The notes beneath the pieces are model-generated. The model did no database searches and was not told the origin of the DNA. It saw nothing but the letters and a program-made list of their open reading frames with translations. From Polyangiales bacterium (lineage in GTDB: Bacteria > Myxococcota_A > Polyangia > Polyangiales > Ga0077539): DNA of 64,000 nucleotides. This document shows positions 10,300 through 23,893 of the stretch, one piece after another (positions within the stretch are counted from its first letter, which is position 1; every line of letters begins with the position of its first letter). The stretch is taken from contig JBGARZ010000009.1 of NCBI GenBank assembly GCA_044229975.1, positions 64,001-128,000 on the forward strand, written 5' to 3'. The position numbers were made by a program, and so were the translations under genes.

Positions 10300-13200
10300 C
10301 TACCGCTGTCGGCGCAGGTCGAGGGTAAACGGCCGCTCGGGGTCGATCACCGGCACGCGCGGGTTCACCGGCCACGGCAGGTGTCCTTCGGTGGTGAAGC
10401 GCTGCGCGCGCCGCGCCGCCGCCTCGAAGGCCGTGAGCGGCGGAGCGTCGTAGGCGCGGCCCTCGGGGTGCCACACGTGGTGCGTGAAGCCGCCGAGCGA
10501 GCGCCGCGCCCAGGTGTCGACGAGGTCGAAGCGCAGCGGGTGATGCACGTCGATGGTCGGGTGCAGACAATGCGCCGGCTTCCACGCGCGAAACCGCACG
10601 CCCGCGACGTACTCGCTCGCCCGCCCGGTGGGGCGCAGCGGCAGTTCGACGCCGTTGACCAGCACCTTGTGGCGGCCCTCGACCAGCCCGTCGACCTTCA
10701 ACTGAACGCGCTCCAGCGACGCGTCGACGTAGCGCGACGTGCCCGACGCGGTGGCCTCTTCGCCGAGCACCGGCCAGGGCTCCAGCGCGGGGCGCAGCTC
10801 CATCGTGACGTCGTCGAGCGTGACCCTCCCCGACACCGGGAAGCGCAGCTCCACGAAGGGCTCGAACCACGCCGGGTCGAGCGCCACGCCGCGGTCGGCG
10901 AGGTGGTCGAGCGCGCACCGCAGGTCGGCCCACAGGTGGTGCGGCAGCATGAAGCGGTCGTGGAGCTGCGTTCCCCACCGAACCAAGGGCGCGACGTAAC
11001 GATCGCGCGCGAACACCGAGGTCATGGCGCGCACGAGCAGCATCTGCGCGGCCGCCATGCGCTCGTTGGGCGGCATCTCGAAGGCGCGAAACTCCACGAT
11101 GCCCTGCCGACCATGAAGGGTCGCGGGGTCGTAGAGCTTGTCGATGGAGAGCTCGGTGCGGTGCGTGCTGCCGGTGACGTCGACGAGCAGGTTGCGGAAG
11201 ATCCGGTCGGTGAGCCACGGGGGCGGTGACTCCGCGCGGTCGGCGAGGTCGAGCGCGATCTCCAGCTCGGAGAGCGACTCGTGGCGGGCCTCGTCGACGC
11301 GCGGCGCCTGCGAGGTCGGACCCACGAAGAGCCCCGTGAACAGGTACGACAGCGACGGGTGGTGCTGGAGAAAACGCAGCGTGCTCGCCAGCAGATCGGG
11401 CCGACGCAAGAACGGGCTCTCCACCGTGGTCGGTCCGCCCAGCGTGAGGTGATGACCACCGCCCGTCCCCGCCGCGCGGCCATCGAGCTGGAAGCGCTCG
11501 GAGGTGAGGCCCGCGTGGAGCGCGGCGCGGCCGACGGACTCCAGCGTGTCGACGTAGGCCGCGTAGGTGCGCGTCACCGGGAGGTTGACCTCGATGACGC
11601 CGGGGTCGGGCGTCACGAGGCAGCTCTGTACGCGCGGATCACCCTTCGGTCCGTAGCCCTCCAGGCGCACGGGCCGCTGGGTCTTTTCGGCCGTCGCTTC
11701 GATGGCGGCGAGCAGACGGACGAAGTCCTCCGCGCGCTCCATCGGCGGGAGGAAGATGCACAGCGCTCCGTCGCGTGACTCGATGCAGAGGGCCGTTCGC
11801 ACCGAGCCGTCGGGCAACGGAGAGTGCTGTACGGGCGGCGCGTCGGTGCCCTGCGGCAGCGGGCGCCACGGGTCGGAGGAGAGCGCGGCGGCGCCGACGG
11901 TGAGGTCGGGGGCGATGAGGTCGCGGGAGGTTCCGGCGATGCGGTCGAGCGGGAGGCGCAGGCCGATGGGGCTGTCGCCGGGGATGAGGTGCAGCGCGCC
12001 GCGACGGAAGGTCCACCCCGCGGTCGCCCACGCGTCGTCCTCGCGGGTGAGCGGCAGCACGAACCCCACCGGAACATCGAGCCCGCGACCGAGCGCGCGG
12101 GCGAGCATGCGACGCGCCTCGGGGTCGCGCAGTCCGGCGGTGAGGGGGTCGACGTCGGGGGGGAGTTCCTGCTCGCGGGCGACGAAGTGCCAGGGGTCTT
12201 CGTAGGCGGGCATCCACGCGTCGGGCAGGCCGAGACGCGCGGCGAGGGCTGTCGCGAAGGCGCGGACGTCGTCGATCGCCACGGGCGGCCGCTCGGCGTC
12301 TTCGTCGAGGTCGAGCCACCGCGGGTCGCGCCACAGCGGAACCCCATCGTCGCGCCACGCGAGCTGCACCACCCAGCGAGGAAGGCTCTCGCCCGGGTAC
12401 TGCTTGCCCATGCGGTGCATCACCACGCCGCCGCGCGCGATGCGGGGCGCGAGCTCACGGGTGAGCCGCATCGCCTGGGCCCACTTGGTGGGGCCGAGCG
12501 CTTCGAGGTTCCACTCGGGCTCGCGCGGGTGCTCGCGCGACGTCCACGTCGGCTCACCGCCCATGGTCAGCGCGAGTCCGTCCGCCGCGAGTCGCGCGTC
12601 GATGAGGTCACCCGCCGCGCGGAGAGCGGTCCACTGCGCGTCGGTGTACGGGCGTCGCGGGCTCGCCTCGTGGCCGAGCCGCGTGACCTGCATCACCACG
12701 TCGAAGCCCTCGGCGACCTCGCTCGATGTTCCGTCGACGGGCGATGCGAGCTCGGGGTTGACCGTGCACGCGAGCGGCAGGTGGCCTTCGCCGCAGAGCA
12801 GGCCGCTGGTGCCGTCGAGGCCGATCCAGCCGGCGCCCGGGACGAAGGCTTCGGCCCACGCGTGCAGGTCGACCACGTCGCGGTCGACGCCCTTCGCCTC
12901 GTCGGGGAGCTCTCCCTCGTCCGCGAGCTGAACGAGGTACCCGCTGACGAAACGCGCCGCGAATCCCTGCGCCCGCAGCGCATCGACGAGGAGCACGGCC
13001 GAGTCGCGGCAGCTCCCGGATCCCTTGATGAGCGTCTCGTCGCTGGTCTGGATGCCGGCCTCGTCGCGCAGGATGTAGCGGACCTCGCGCGCGACGCGGG
13101 CGTTGAGGGCGACGAGGTGATCGGTGACGTAGCCGCCGGGTGGGCTCTCGCGGAGCCACGCGGCGAGGCGCGGCGACGGGGTGTTGCGCGCGAGGAAGGG

Positions 13201-13542
13201 CGCGAGCTCGTCGGCGAGCCCGTCGGGGTAGTCGAAGGGGACGGTCTTGCAGCGATCGTCGACGAAGAAGTCGAAGGGGTTCACCGGGCGGATGTCGACG
13301 GTGCACTCGACGCGGAGGGCGAGCTCGGGGACGAGCGAGTCGGCGGGGAAGGTGAGGCGGGCGACGCGGTTGCCCCAGGGGTCGTGCTGCCAGCGGACCT
13401 CGGGCGCGGGCTCGATCGAGAGGTTGTACGCGAGTACGGCGGCGCGGGCGTGGCCCGACGGGCGGAGGCGGACGACCTGGGGGCCGAGCGCCGAGGGGCG
13501 GGGGTAGCGGTAGCGGGTCTCGTGACGGATGCGGACGCGCAT
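10300..13542 (-). CDS. Transglutaminase-like domain fused to putative amidoligase (DUF2126 family)
   Basis: HETRYRY N-terminus; triad motifs [66 protein letters not shown]; ends TLDLRR. Confidence 0.93.
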   Translation of the reverse strand: MRVRIRHETRYRYPRPSALGPQVVRLRPSGHARAAVLAYNLSIEPAPEVRWQHDPWGNRVARLTFPADSLVPELALRVECTVDIRPVNPFDFFVDDRCKTVPFDYPDGLADELAPFLARNTPSPRLAAWLRESPPGGYVTDHLVALNARVAREVRYILRDEAGIQTSDETLIKGSGSCRDSAVLLVDALRAQGFAARFVSGYLVQLADEGELPDEAKGVDRDVVDLHAWAEAFVPGAGWIGLDGTSGLLCGEGHLPLACTVNPELASPVDGTSSEVAEGFDVVMQVTRLGHEASPRRPYTDAQWTALRAAGDLIDARLAADGLALTMGGEPTWTSREHPREPEWNLEALGPTKWAQAMRLTRELAPRIARGGVVMHRMGKQYPGESLPRWVVQLAWRDDGVPLWRDPRWLDLDEDAERPPVAIDDVRAFATALAARLGLPDAWMPAYEDPWHFVAREQELPPDVDPLTAGLRDPEARRMLARALGRGLDVPVGFVLPLTREDDAWATAGWTFRRGALHLIPGDSPIGLRLPLDRIAGTSRDLIAPDLTVGAAALSSDPWRPLPQGTDAPPVQHSPLPDGSVRTALCIESRDGALCIFLPPMERAEDFVRLLAAIEATAEKTQRPVRLEGYGPKGDPRVQSCLVTPDPGVIEVNLPVTRTYAAYVDTLESVGRAALHAGLTSERFQLDGRAAGTGGGHHLTLGGPTTVESPFLRRPDLLASTLRFLQHHPSLSYLFTGLFVGPTSQAPRVDEARHESLSELEIALDLADRAESPPPWLTDRIFRNLLVDVTGSTHRTELSIDKLYDPATLHGRQGIVEFRAFEMPPNERMAAAQMLLVRAMTSVFARDRYVAPLVRWGTQLHDRFMLPHHLWADLRCALDHLADRGVALDPAWFEPFVELRFPVSGRVTLDDVTMELRPALEPWPVLGEEATASGTSRYVDASLERVQLKVDGLVEGRHKVLVNGVELPLRPTGRASEYVAGVRFRAWKPAHCLHPTIDVHHPLRFDLVDTWARRSLGGFTHHVWHPEGRAYDAPPLTAFEAAARRAQRFTTEGHLPWPVNPRVPVIDPERPFTLDLRRQR

Positions 13543-13613
13543 GGTGTTGGACGAGATGGATACCAGCGCGGGGTGGGAAGCGAGTGTGATGGTTTGGGAA
13601 AGCGGGGCGTGCG

Positions 13614-13859
13614 CTACGTCGCGACTCTCACCGCGACGATGGCGCGGAGCGCGGCGATCGACCGAGCGAAGGCCTCGGCGGCGAACTCATCAGGGAAGGT
13701 CGCGAACGCGCAGGGCGCCGCATCGACGACCGCCTTCGCCGCGGCAAGTGAGATCGAGAGCGCGGTGCGGACCTGGATGATGACCAGCTCGCGCTTCGGG
13801 CCGCACGACCACCGCGCGATGTTACCGGTCAGCGCACCGCCGCGCCTCAAATGGCTCAC
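13614..13859 (-). CDS. Small protein resembling the ribosomal L7/L12 C-terminal domain
   Basis: GPKRELVIIQVRTALSISLAAAKAVVDAAP...AAEAFARSIAALRAIVAV parallels the L7/L12 CTD pattern; start uncertain (GTG 13859). Confidence 0.4.
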   Translation of the reverse strand: MSHLRRGGALTGNIARWSCGPKRELVIIQVRTALSISLAAAKAVVDAAPCAFATFPDEFAAEAFARSIAALRAIVAVRVAT

Positions 13860-13919
13860 TCTGGCGCAGCGCTCCAACCCTCCCAGCACATTGCTCGCAG
13901 GGCACACCCGTTGCTGCGG

Positions 13920-14198
13920 GTGATCCCAGCATGGCGCGCCGCCGCGCAGCGCCGCATCGCCCGCGACGAGACGCGCCACGCGGCGCTCGCGTGGTCGGTA
14001 CGCGACTGGTTCCTGTCGCGCGACGACGTCGATGGTGCCGCGCTGTCGGCGGCGATGCGCGAGGCGGTCGACGCGCTCGCAGCGTCGATCGAGGCTCCCG
14101 CCCCGGCAGCGCTGGTCGACGAGCTCGGGCTGCCGACGCCAGACGACGCCCGGCGGCTCTTCGCGTCGCTGCGCGCGTCGATGTGGGCCGACGCGTAG
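13920..14198 (+). pseudogene. 3' remnant of a myxobacterial ferritin-like domain protein
   Basis: RRIARDETRHAALAW (last DExxH helix) and GLP...MW tail, with no upstream helices or convincing start. Confidence 0.55.
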
Positions 14199-15020
14199 CT
14201 ACGCACCTGCGGCGTCCGCGAGCCGCGGGTACACCGCCTTGAACCCGAGGTCTTCGCGAATCCGTCGACCGTCCATGATCGCGTCGAACGCGCGCGCCCG
14301 CTCGGCGTTCGACCCGTCGGGCGGCGGTTCACCCACCGACGCGAACAGCGTCGCGAGGTCGGGCGCCTCGTCGTCGGTCACGTTGTAGATGCGGTGCGCG
14401 GGCGACGGCGCGTCGAGCAGGCGGGCGACGGCCTGCGCCACGTCGACGTGGTGGCCGATGGACATGCGCATCGTCGCCGGGAAGCCGCGCATCATCGGCA
14501 CCGCCTCCGCGATGTGCGCGTCGCCGTCGCCGTACACGAACGGCAGCCGCAGCACCCGCACGTCGAGCCCACCGAGCCCGAAGAGGAAGCGCTCGGCGGC
14601 GAGCTTGCTCACCGGGTACGCGTCGATGGGCGCGCAGGGGTCGTCCTCGCGGGCGAGGCGACCACCCCTCGGCCCGTAGACCAGGCCGGTGCTCGTGAAG
14701 ATGAAGCGCCGCACCGAGGCGGCGCGGGCGGCGTGCGCGAGGTGCTGCGTGCCGAGGTCGTTGACGGCGTGCGCCTGCTCCGCCGTCGCGCCGCGGAAGA
14801 ACGCCGCGCAATGCACCACCGCATCGACGCCGCGCACCGCGCCCGCGAGCGAGTCCGCGTCGAGGAGATCGCCCTCGACGAGCTCAATGTGCTCTCCGAG
14901 CAGCGTGGCGGCGCGCGTCCGATCGCGGACGAGGGCGCGCACCCGGTCGCCGCGCTGAGACAGCCTTCGAGCGAGACGACTACCGACCTTTCCGGTCGCA
15001 CCAGTGACGAGAATGTTCAT
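14199..15020 (-). CDS. NAD-dependent epimerase/dehydratase family protein
   Basis: MNILVTGATGKVG, VVHCAA, YPVSK (YxxxK), LRLPFVYG. Confidence 0.92.
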   Translation of the reverse strand: MNILVTGATGKVGSRLARRLSQRGDRVRALVRDRTRAATLLGEHIELVEGDLLDADSLAGAVRGVDAVVHCAAFFRGATAEQAHAVNDLGTQHLAHAARAASVRRFIFTSTGLVYGPRGGRLAREDDPCAPIDAYPVSKLAAERFLFGLGGLDVRVLRLPFVYGDGDAHIAEAVPMMRGFPATMRMSIGHHVDVAQAVARLLDAPSPAHRIYNVTDDEAPDLATLFASVGEPPPDGSNAERARAFDAIMDGRRIREDLGFKAVYPRLADAAGA

Positions 15021-15121
15021 GCGCCCAACCGTAGGCGTCGCCCTCCATCGCGGATTGGAAGAAACGGACAAGCGCGCGCCGACGCTTGCGCGGCCGTCTC
15101 ACGCGTCCTCAGAATCGGCTC

Positions 15122-15877
15122 ATGCAGGCGAGCGCGGTCCGTCGGAGTCGCATCACGCCAGGCGCATCGGCCGCGTCCGCCGTGGCAGCGCTCTCCGTCT
15201 ACGAGTACGACCGCGACGCGCCGCTCGTGGCGATCCCGCGCCCGGAAATCCAGATCGTCGTGCGCTTCGGTTCGTCGGCGGAGGGAGGCCTCGACGTGCA
15301 CGCGTTCGGCGCGCGACAGCGGGCGCATCGGAAGTTCATCCGCGCGGGTCAGCGGGTCGTGGCCGCGCGACTTCACCTGGGCGCGACGGAGGCGGTGTTC
15401 GGCGTGCCTGCGTCGGCGATCGCCGGGCGCATCGTCGCGCTCGATGACCTGTGGGGCGACGCCGCGACGCGGAGGCTCTGCGATCGGCTCGCCGCCGCGC
15501 CCGGACCCGTCGAGGCAGCCACGATCGTCGAGCGCGCGATCGCCGAGCGCGTTGCGGTGGCAGGCGTACGACCGCGGCTCGTGACCGAAGCTGCGCAGAG
15601 ACTCGCGACCGCCAACGTCAGCGCCGTCGCCGCGGACCTCGGCGTGAGCGAGCGGCATCTTCGTCGCGTGTTCGGTGAGGCCGTCGGGATGAGCCCGAAG
15701 GCCTTCGCCCGTGTCGTGCGCTTCCGTCGTGCGCTGCGGGCCGCGCGCGAGAGCAGCGCCGTGAACTGGGCGAGCATCGCCGCCGCGAGCGGCTACTACG
15801 ATCAGGCGCACCTCATCGAGGAGTTCCGGGCGATCGCAGGGGTGACGCCGCGCGCGCTCCTCGGCGAGCTCGCGTAG
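15122..15877 (+). CDS. AraC-family transcriptional regulator
   Basis: C-terminal SERHLRRVF...GMSPK...GYYDQAHLIEEFRAIAGVTP; divergent from the epimerase gene. Confidence 0.92.
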   Translation: MQASAVRRSRITPGASAASAVAALSVYEYDRDAPLVAIPRPEIQIVVRFGSSAEGGLDVHAFGARQRAHRKFIRAGQRVVAARLHLGATEAVFGVPASAIAGRIVALDDLWGDAATRRLCDRLAAAPGPVEAATIVERAIAERVAVAGVRPRLVTEAAQRLATANVSAVAADLGVSERHLRRVFGEAVGMSPKAFARVVRFRRALRAARESSAVNWASIAAASGYYDQAHLIEEFRAIAGVTPRALLGELA

Positions 15878-15979
15878 TACTTGTCCACGCGAGACTGATA
15901 GCTTGAAGAGCATTCGCTCACGTCAGCCCGACGCTCCTCCACCGTCCCGAAGCGACGCGCAACGCGTGGTCGGAGAAGA

Positions 15980-16107
15980 GCCGCAAGGGCGCCAGGATCG
16001 CAAGGAAGCAATCGGGTGAGCGGTCTGCGCGCCTGCCATCACCATCCTGCGAACGTGGATGTGTCGGTGCCGACCTTCGCTCCTTGCGGTCCTGGCGCCC
16101 TTGCGGC
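15980..16107. repeat. Palindromic element, CGCAAGG family (27-bp arms)
   Basis: GCCGCAAGGGCGCCAGGATCGCAAGGA (15980-16006) vs 16081-16107, one mismatch (G-U compatible). Confidence 0.85.
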
Positions 16108-16216
16108 CCTCCTTCCGCCGCGCCTCGTCCCGTCGCCTCGCGAGCTGAGAGCGTAGCTACCACCCGACGCGAGGAGGCTTCCACTTCGAGCACCCGTTCT
16201 CCACAATGGGCGCCCG

Positions 16217-18154
<1,938 letters not shown>

Positions 18155-18192
18155 GGTCGCTGGGGTGAGGGCCAGCGCCCGAACCCCTGCGA

Positions 18193-19194
18193 CTACCCCT
18201 GCGACTGCGACTGTGACATCGGCGGCGGCGCCATCGAGGGCGTCACCGGCCGCAGCGCGAAGAAGGTGTCGTGAATCGCGTTGCTCGCGCCGTTGAGCCG
18301 CGTCTGAAACGCGTCGAGGTACTCGTGCAATCCACCCGCGATGATGGGTCGCACCTCGCTCGTCGAGAGCGTCTCGCGCAGGTCACCGAGCGCCCGCTCC
18401 GCCGGGGTGTCCTGCACCTCGAAGGGCGACCCCGTGATGGCGTGCACCGAGCGCTCCGCCTTCACCACGCAGTACCTTATCGCCCGCGGAAACTTCCGCT
18501 CCAGCAGCAGAAACTCCACCACCTTCGTCGGCGCCAGCGTGCCGTGCTTCTTGCGGTACATCTCGAAGGCGCTCGCGCTCTTCAGCAGCGCCGCCCACTG
18601 GATGTCGTCGTAGGCCGTCCCGACGTCGCTCACCGTGGGCAGCAGCAGGAAGTACTTCACGTCGAGGATGCGCGACGTCTTGTCCGCCCGCTCGATGAGC
18701 CGACCCACGCGCCCGAAGTGCCACGCCTCGTTGTGCGTCATCGTCAGGTACGTCACGCCCACGAAGAGCTGCGTCGCGCTCTTCACCGCCGCGAAGAACT
18801 CGTGCGGGCTGTCGAGCGACGCCGCCGCGTTGGCCGACGCGTCGCGCACCGCGAGGTACGCGCGGTTGACCTGCTCCCACATCTCCGAGGAGATGATCTC
18901 GCGCACGGCCCGCGCGTTCTCCCGCGCGGCGCGCAGGCACGACGCGATGGAGTTGGGGTTGGCCTCGTCGAAGCTCAGGAAGCGCAGGACGTTTTCGCGC
19001 GAGGGCAGGTCGTAGCGCTTCGCGAAGTCGGCGTGGTCGCCCGTCGTCGCGATGATGGGCGCCCACTGCTCGTCGACGCCGAAGGCCGCGTCGAGCTGGA
19101 GGTGCAGGTGTACGTCGACGAAGCGCGCGACGTTCTCCGCGCGCTCCATGTAGCGGTTGAGCCAGTAGATGCTGTCGGCGACGCGGCTCAGCAC
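18193..19194 (-). CDS. Alpha-E domain protein (DUF403)
   Basis: [55 protein letters not shown]. Confidence 0.95.
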   Translation of the reverse strand: MLSRVADSIYWLNRYMERAENVARFVDVHLHLQLDAAFGVDEQWAPIIATTGDHADFAKRYDLPSRENVLRFLSFDEANPNSIASCLRAARENARAVREIISSEMWEQVNRAYLAVRDASANAAASLDSPHEFFAAVKSATQLFVGVTYLTMTHNEAWHFGRVGRLIERADKTSRILDVKYFLLLPTVSDVGTAYDDIQWAALLKSASAFEMYRKKHGTLAPTKVVEFLLLERKFPRAIRYCVVKAERSVHAITGSPFEVQDTPAERALGDLRETLSTSEVRPIIAGGLHEYLDAFQTRLNGASNAIHDTFFALRPVTPSMAPPPMSQSQSQG

Positions 19195-20660
19195 GGGGTC
19201 ACCTCCGTTCGCGGCGCCGGGCCGTCGTCGCGCAGCACCCAGGTGTCCTTGCTGCCGCCGCCCTGCGAGGAGTTCACCACCAGCGAGCCCGGTCGCAAGG
19301 CCACCCGCGTGAGCCCACCCGGCAGCACGTACACGCTCTCGCCATAGAGGATGTACGGCCGCAGGTCGACGTGGCGCCCTTGCAGCGTCTCGTCCTCCAT
19401 CAAGGTCGGAACCCGCGACAGCCCCAGCGTCGGCTGCGCCACGTAGTTGCGCGGATCAGCCTGGATGCGCGCCTTGAACTCCGACCGCTCCGCCGCCGTC
19501 GCCGCGGGACCGACGAGCATCCCGTAGCCGCCCGACTCGTTGGCCGCCTTCACCACCAGCGTGTCGAGGTGGTCGAGCACGTAGGCGAGGTCCTTCTCCT
19601 CGCGACACAGGTACGTCGGAACGTTGGGCAGCACCGCGTCCTCGCCGAGGTAGTAGCGGATGAGCTTCGGCACATACGCGTAGATGACCTTGTCGTCGGC
19701 GATGCCCGTGCCCGGCGCGTTGGCGATGGCGACGCGGCCGCTCGTGTACGCGCGCATCAGCCCCGGAACGCCCAGCATCGAGTCGGCGCGAAACACCTCC
19801 GGGTCGAGGAAGGTGTCGTCGATGCGGCGATAGATCACGTCGACGCGCTGGAAGCCCCGCGTGGTCCGCATCTTCACCTCGCCGCGGTCGACCAGCAGGT
19901 CTCGTCCCTCGACGAGCTCGATGCCCATCTGCTGCGCGAGAAACGAGTGCTCGAAGTACGCCGAGTTGTGCACGCCCGGCGTGAGCAGCACCACCGTCGG
20001 ATCGTCCACACCCACTGGGGCCATCGCGCGCAGCGCTTCGAGCAGGCGGCTCGGGTACTCGTCCACCGGGCGCACCCGCGATGCGCCGAACATCTGCGGG
20101 AAGGTGCGCTTCATCACCGCGCGGTTTTGCAGCACGTACGACACGCCCGACGGGCACCGCAGGTTGTCCTCCAACACATAGAACGCCCCGTCGCGATCGC
20201 GCACGAGGTCGGTCCCGGTGACGTGGCACCACACACGGCGCGGCGGCTTGAGCCCGACGCACGCGCGCAGGTACCCCTTGCTGCTCTCGATGAGGTCGCG
20301 CGGGACCACTCCATCACGCAGCGCGCGCTGGTCGTGGTGCATGTCGTCGATGAAGAGGTTGAGCGCCGTGATGCGCTGGATGAGCCCGCGCTCGATGCCC
20401 GCCCACTCGCTCGCCGACACGATGCGGGGGATCACATCGAAGGGGAAGATCTTCTCCTTGCCGGCCGCATCCCCGTAGACGTTGAAGGTGATGCCCATGT
20501 TGAGCAGCGCGCGCTCGGCGGCCTTCTGTCGCCACGTCACCTCCCCCGGCCCCAGTCCCGCGAGGCGCTCGGTCAGCAGCGCGTACCAGGGACGGGGCCT
20601 CCCCTCGGCGTCGAACATCTCGTCGTGAAAGCCGCCCGAGTCGTAACCGGTCACACGCAT
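19188..20660 (-). CDS. Circularly permuted type 2 ATP-grasp protein (DUF404)
   Basis: [65 protein letters not shown]. Confidence 0.95.
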   Translation of the reverse strand: MRVTGYDSGGFHDEMFDAEGRPRPWYALLTERLAGLGPGEVTWRQKAAERALLNMGITFNVYGDAAGKEKIFPFDVIPRIVSASEWAGIERGLIQRITALNLFIDDMHHDQRALRDGVVPRDLIESSKGYLRACVGLKPPRRVWCHVTGTDLVRDRDGAFYVLEDNLRCPSGVSYVLQNRAVMKRTFPQMFGASRVRPVDEYPSRLLEALRAMAPVGVDDPTVVLLTPGVHNSAYFEHSFLAQQMGIELVEGRDLLVDRGEVKMRTTRGFQRVDVIYRRIDDTFLDPEVFRADSMLGVPGLMRAYTSGRVAIANAPGTGIADDKVIYAYVPKLIRYYLGEDAVLPNVPTYLCREEKDLAYVLDHLDTLVVKAANESGGYGMLVGPAATAAERSEFKARIQADPRNYVAQPTLGLSRVPTLMEDETLQGRHVDLRPYILYGESVYVLPGGLTRVALRPGSLVVNSSQGGGSKDTWVLRDDGPAPRTEVTPC

Positions 20661-20747
20661 GGAGGATGCGATCGACGCTAACAGAGGGGGTGTGGCCCGT
20701 TTCGTTAGCGCTGTGTCAACACCGGGGGACGCAAGCCGACGCGGGCG

Positions 20748-21467
20748 CTACTTCGCCTTCAGGAACGTGTGCAGCCCGCACTCGGTCTTCCCGGTGCCGG
20801 CCCATCGTCCCTCGCGCTCATCCTCGCCCGGCATCGGCGGACGCGTGCACGGCTCGCACCCCACCGAGACGTAGCCCTGCTCGAACAGGGGGTGCTCCGG
20901 GACCTTGTTCACTTCGAGGTAGCGGTACACCTCGCGGGCGTTCCAGTCGGCGATGGGGTGCACCTTCACCGGGCCGTCGGTCGCCAGCACGATGGGCGTC
21001 TCGGCGCGGGTCTTCGACTGGTCGCGACGGAGCCCCGACACCCACGCGCGCTTGCCCGGCAGCGCCGCCTCCAGGGGCTCGACCTTGTTGATGTGGCAAC
21101 AACGGTCGGGGTCATCCCGGTAGAGCCTCAAGCCATACTTTTCGAGGAAGCGCCCCTTCTCCAGGGCAGGCTTGAGCACTTCGAGCGTCAGCCCGAGCTT
21201 CTTCACCAGCGTATCCCGATACGCCAGCGTCTCTTCAAACAAGAACCCCGTGTCGATGAAGTGCACCGGCAGCCCATCGGCCACCTCCGACCAGAGGTGC
21301 AACAGCACACCGCTCCCCGGCCCGAAGGACGACGTGAAGAGCAGCGAGTCGCCGTAAGTCTCCACCGCCCACGCCAGCCGCTCGCGCGCGTTGCGGGCTT
21401 CGAGGTCGACGTTGAGTGAGGCGAGGTCCATGGCGGTCGTCTCCAACCCCTCCGCTACGCGGCGCAT
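20748..21467 (-). CDS. cysH: APS/PAPS reductase, [4Fe-4S] type
   Basis: TSSFG, FIDTG, RCCHINKVEPL, SGLRRDQS, SVGCEPCT, EGRW, ECGLH. Alternative start 21432. Confidence 0.93.
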   Translation of the reverse strand: MRRVAEGLETTAMDLASLNVDLEARNARERLAWAVETYGDSLLFTSSFGPGSGVLLHLWSEVADGLPVHFIDTGFLFEETLAYRDTLVKKLGLTLEVLKPALEKGRFLEKYGLRLYRDDPDRCCHINKVEPLEAALPGKRAWVSGLRRDQSKTRAETPIVLATDGPVKVHPIADWNAREVYRYLEVNKVPEHPLFEQGYVSVGCEPCTRPPMPGEDEREGRWAGTGKTECGLHTFLKAK

Positions 21468-23197
21468 TCCCCTTCGCCGATGGCGATCTTGAAGCCCGAC
21501 TCCTCGCCGATGTCGAGGAAGTCCTCGTCGGGCGTCGATGCTTCGAGCGCCGCCAGATCATCGAGCACCTCGTGCACCCGCTTCGCGCTCACCCGCGTGT
21601 AGAACACCGTCGGCGTCTCGCCCTCCGCCTTCTCCGCGGCGTACAGGTCCACCAGCCGCGCCACCGCCTCGGCGACGCGACGCGCCGGGATCTTCACGAT
21701 CTGCCGCCCGAAGCGCGCGCCGTTTTCGTCGAAGCCGCCGCCCAGGTGGAGCTGGTACACCGGCGCCGTGCGCTCGCCGACCTTGCGCGCCGCGCCGTGC
21801 CACCCGATGTCCGCGATGTGGTGCTGCCCGCACGAGTTGGGGCACCCGCTGATCTTGATGACCGTGTCGGCCGCGGCCTTCACCGACGTCGCCAGCATCA
21901 CGTCGCTCTCCAGCCGCTCGGTGATGGCCGCGCCCACCTGCCGCGACGCCGTCACCGCGAGGTTGCAGCTCTCGGCGCCGGGGCACGTCGTCAGGTCGGC
22001 GATGGTGCGCGCGCCCGGCGTCGCGAGACCGATCGCATCGAGCCGCGCGTGCAGCGCCGGGAGCCGGTGCGTCGGGATGAAGCGCAGCACGAGGTTTTGA
22101 TCGACGGTGGTGCGCAGCGACCCATCGCCGAACTCGGTGATGAGGGTGGCGAGCGCCCTGAACTGCGCCGTGGTCACCGCCCCCAGCGCGAGTCGGAGAA
22201 TCACCGCGTGGTAGCCGGCCTGGTCTTGCGCGATGGTGTTGCCGCCGCGCCAGAGCAGGTAGCCGGGGCCGCGCGTGGCAGGCGCGTCGTCGGTCGTCGC
22301 GGGCGGCGGAGGCGTCGGAGGCGCCGTGGTCACCGAGAGGTCGAGGGGCGTCCCACCGCGGGCGATCACCGCGGCGTACTCCTCGCGCAGCACCGCCAGG
22401 AACTTCTCCTGCCCCATCTTGCGCAGCACGTACTTGAGCCGCGCGCGGTGCTTGTTGTCGCGGTTGCCGTTGCGGTCGAAGACGCGGTTGACGGCCTCGC
22501 AGGCGTCGAGCAGGTGCTCTTCGGGGAGAAACTCGTCGAACACGATGGCGGCCTGCGGCGAGGTCGAGAGCCCGCCCGCCACGCGCATGAGGAAGCCGCG
22601 CTTGCCGTCGCGCACGCGGGCGATGAGCCCGATGTCGTGGATGCCCGCCATGGCCGTGTCGCCGGGCTCGTAGCCGAGCGCCACCTTGAACTTCCGCGGC
22701 AGCGAGTTGGCCCACGGGCTGCGCAGGAAGAAGCGCGTGATGGCCTCGCCGTACGGCGTCACGTCGAAGGTGCCGTGACAACGAACGCCCGCCAGCGGGT
22801 CGGCCGTCACCGTGCGCACCGTGTTGCCGCAAGCCTCGCGCGTGGTGAGCCCGGCCTCGTCGAGCCGCCGCATCGCCGTCTCCACGTCGCGCATCTGCAC
22901 GAAGTGAAACTGCACGTTCTGCCGCGTGGTGACGCTGCCGTGACCGTGACCGAAGCGCTCGGCGACGTCCGCGAGCGCCTCCAGCGCCGGCGGGGCGAGC
23001 ACGCCCTGCGGGATCTTCACCCGCAGCATCTGCACGTCCATCTGCCGCTGGCCGTACACGCCGCGGGTGAGGCGATAGCGGCGGAAGTCCTCGGGGCTGA
23101 TCTCCCCCTTCTCGAAGCGCTCGAGCGTCGCGACGAACTCCGTGATGTCGGCCGGGTCGCTGAAGCGAGGAAGGTACGTGGAGGGCAGCAAGGTCAT
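21455..23197 (-). CDS. sir: Siroheme sulfite/nitrite reductase hemoprotein (assimilatory sulfite reductase by context)
   Basis: GVYGQRQ, TTRQNVQFH, LPRKFK, CPGAESC and ISGCPNSCGQH cluster/siroheme ligands; lies between cysC and cysH. Confidence 0.9.
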   Translation of the reverse strand: MTLLPSTYLPRFSDPADITEFVATLERFEKGEISPEDFRRYRLTRGVYGQRQMDVQMLRVKIPQGVLAPPALEALADVAERFGHGHGSVTTRQNVQFHFVQMRDVETAMRRLDEAGLTTREACGNTVRTVTADPLAGVRCHGTFDVTPYGEAITRFFLRSPWANSLPRKFKVALGYEPGDTAMAGIHDIGLIARVRDGKRGFLMRVAGGLSTSPQAAIVFDEFLPEEHLLDACEAVNRVFDRNGNRDNKHRARLKYVLRKMGQEKFLAVLREEYAAVIARGGTPLDLSVTTAPPTPPPPATTDDAPATRGPGYLLWRGGNTIAQDQAGYHAVILRLALGAVTTAQFRALATLITEFGDGSLRTTVDQNLVLRFIPTHRLPALHARLDAIGLATPGARTIADLTTCPGAESCNLAVTASRQVGAAITERLESDVMLATSVKAAADTVIKISGCPNSCGQHHIADIGWHGAARKVGERTAPVYQLHLGGGFDENGARFGRQIVKIPARRVAEAVARLVDLYAAEKAEGETPTVFYTRVSAKRVHEVLDDLAALEASTPDEDFLDIGEESGFKIAIGEGECAA

Positions 23198-23217
23198 CGG
23201 GTGGGACTCCAAAGGGT

Positions 23218-23784
23218 TCAGGCGCCGTCGGCGACGGCGGGCGGTAGGTAGCCTCGCGCGCGAAGCATCGCAAGCACGCGCTCGACGCCCTCCTCGACGG
23301 TCATCGCGCGGGTGTCGAGCTCCAGCGCCGGGTCCGTCGGTGGTTCATACGGGTCGTTCACTCCAGTGAAGTGGGGGATCTCGCCGGCCAGGGCCTTCGC
23401 GTAGAGCCCCTTCACGTCGCGCGCCGCGCACTCTTCCAGGGGTGTGCTCACGTACACCTCGGCGAAGTCCTTGATGGTCTCCCGGCACCACTGCCGCGCG
23501 TCGCGGTAGGGCGAGATGGCGGCCGTGATGACGAAGACCCCGTTGCGCGTGAGGAGCTGCGCCACCCACCCGATGCGCCGCACGTTGGTGTCGCGGTCTT
23601 CGCGCGAGAACCCGAGGCCCTTCGAGAGATGCGTGCGCACCGCGTCGCCGTCGAGCAGCTCCACCCGCTTGCCCAGCGCGACCAGCCTCGGGGCCAGCGC
23701 CTCGGCCAATGTGCTCTTGCCCGCCCCCGACAGACCCGTGAACCACACCGTCACGCCGCGCTCCCGCGGGGCTTCGACCATCAT
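23218..23784 (-). CDS. cysC: Adenylyl-sulfate kinase
   Basis: [48 protein letters not shown]. Confidence 0.97.
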   Translation of the reverse strand: MMVEAPRERGVTVWFTGLSGAGKSTLAEALAPRLVALGKRVELLDGDAVRTHLSKGLGFSREDRDTNVRRIGWVAQLLTRNGVFVITAAISPYRDARQWCRETIKDFAEVYVSTPLEECAARDVKGLYAKALAGEIPHFTGVNDPYEPPTDPALELDTRAMTVEEGVERVLAMLRARGYLPPAVADGA

Positions 23785-23857
23785 CGTCCGCCCCGCAGCA
23801 GACCGTGGCCACGGCCGTCGCGGGCGGTGTACCTTCGGCGCTGGATCATTCCTTCAA

Positions 23858-23893
23858 CGTTCTCCATACTGGACGGCGATTCACTATGTCGAA
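23858..23893. promoter_or_regulatory. Candidate tandem operator of the XRE-cupin regulator
   Basis: CGTTC-N8-GGACG (23858-23875) and TTC-N8-GAA (23880-23893) imperfect palindromes in the divergent cysC/regulator gap. Confidence 0.4.
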
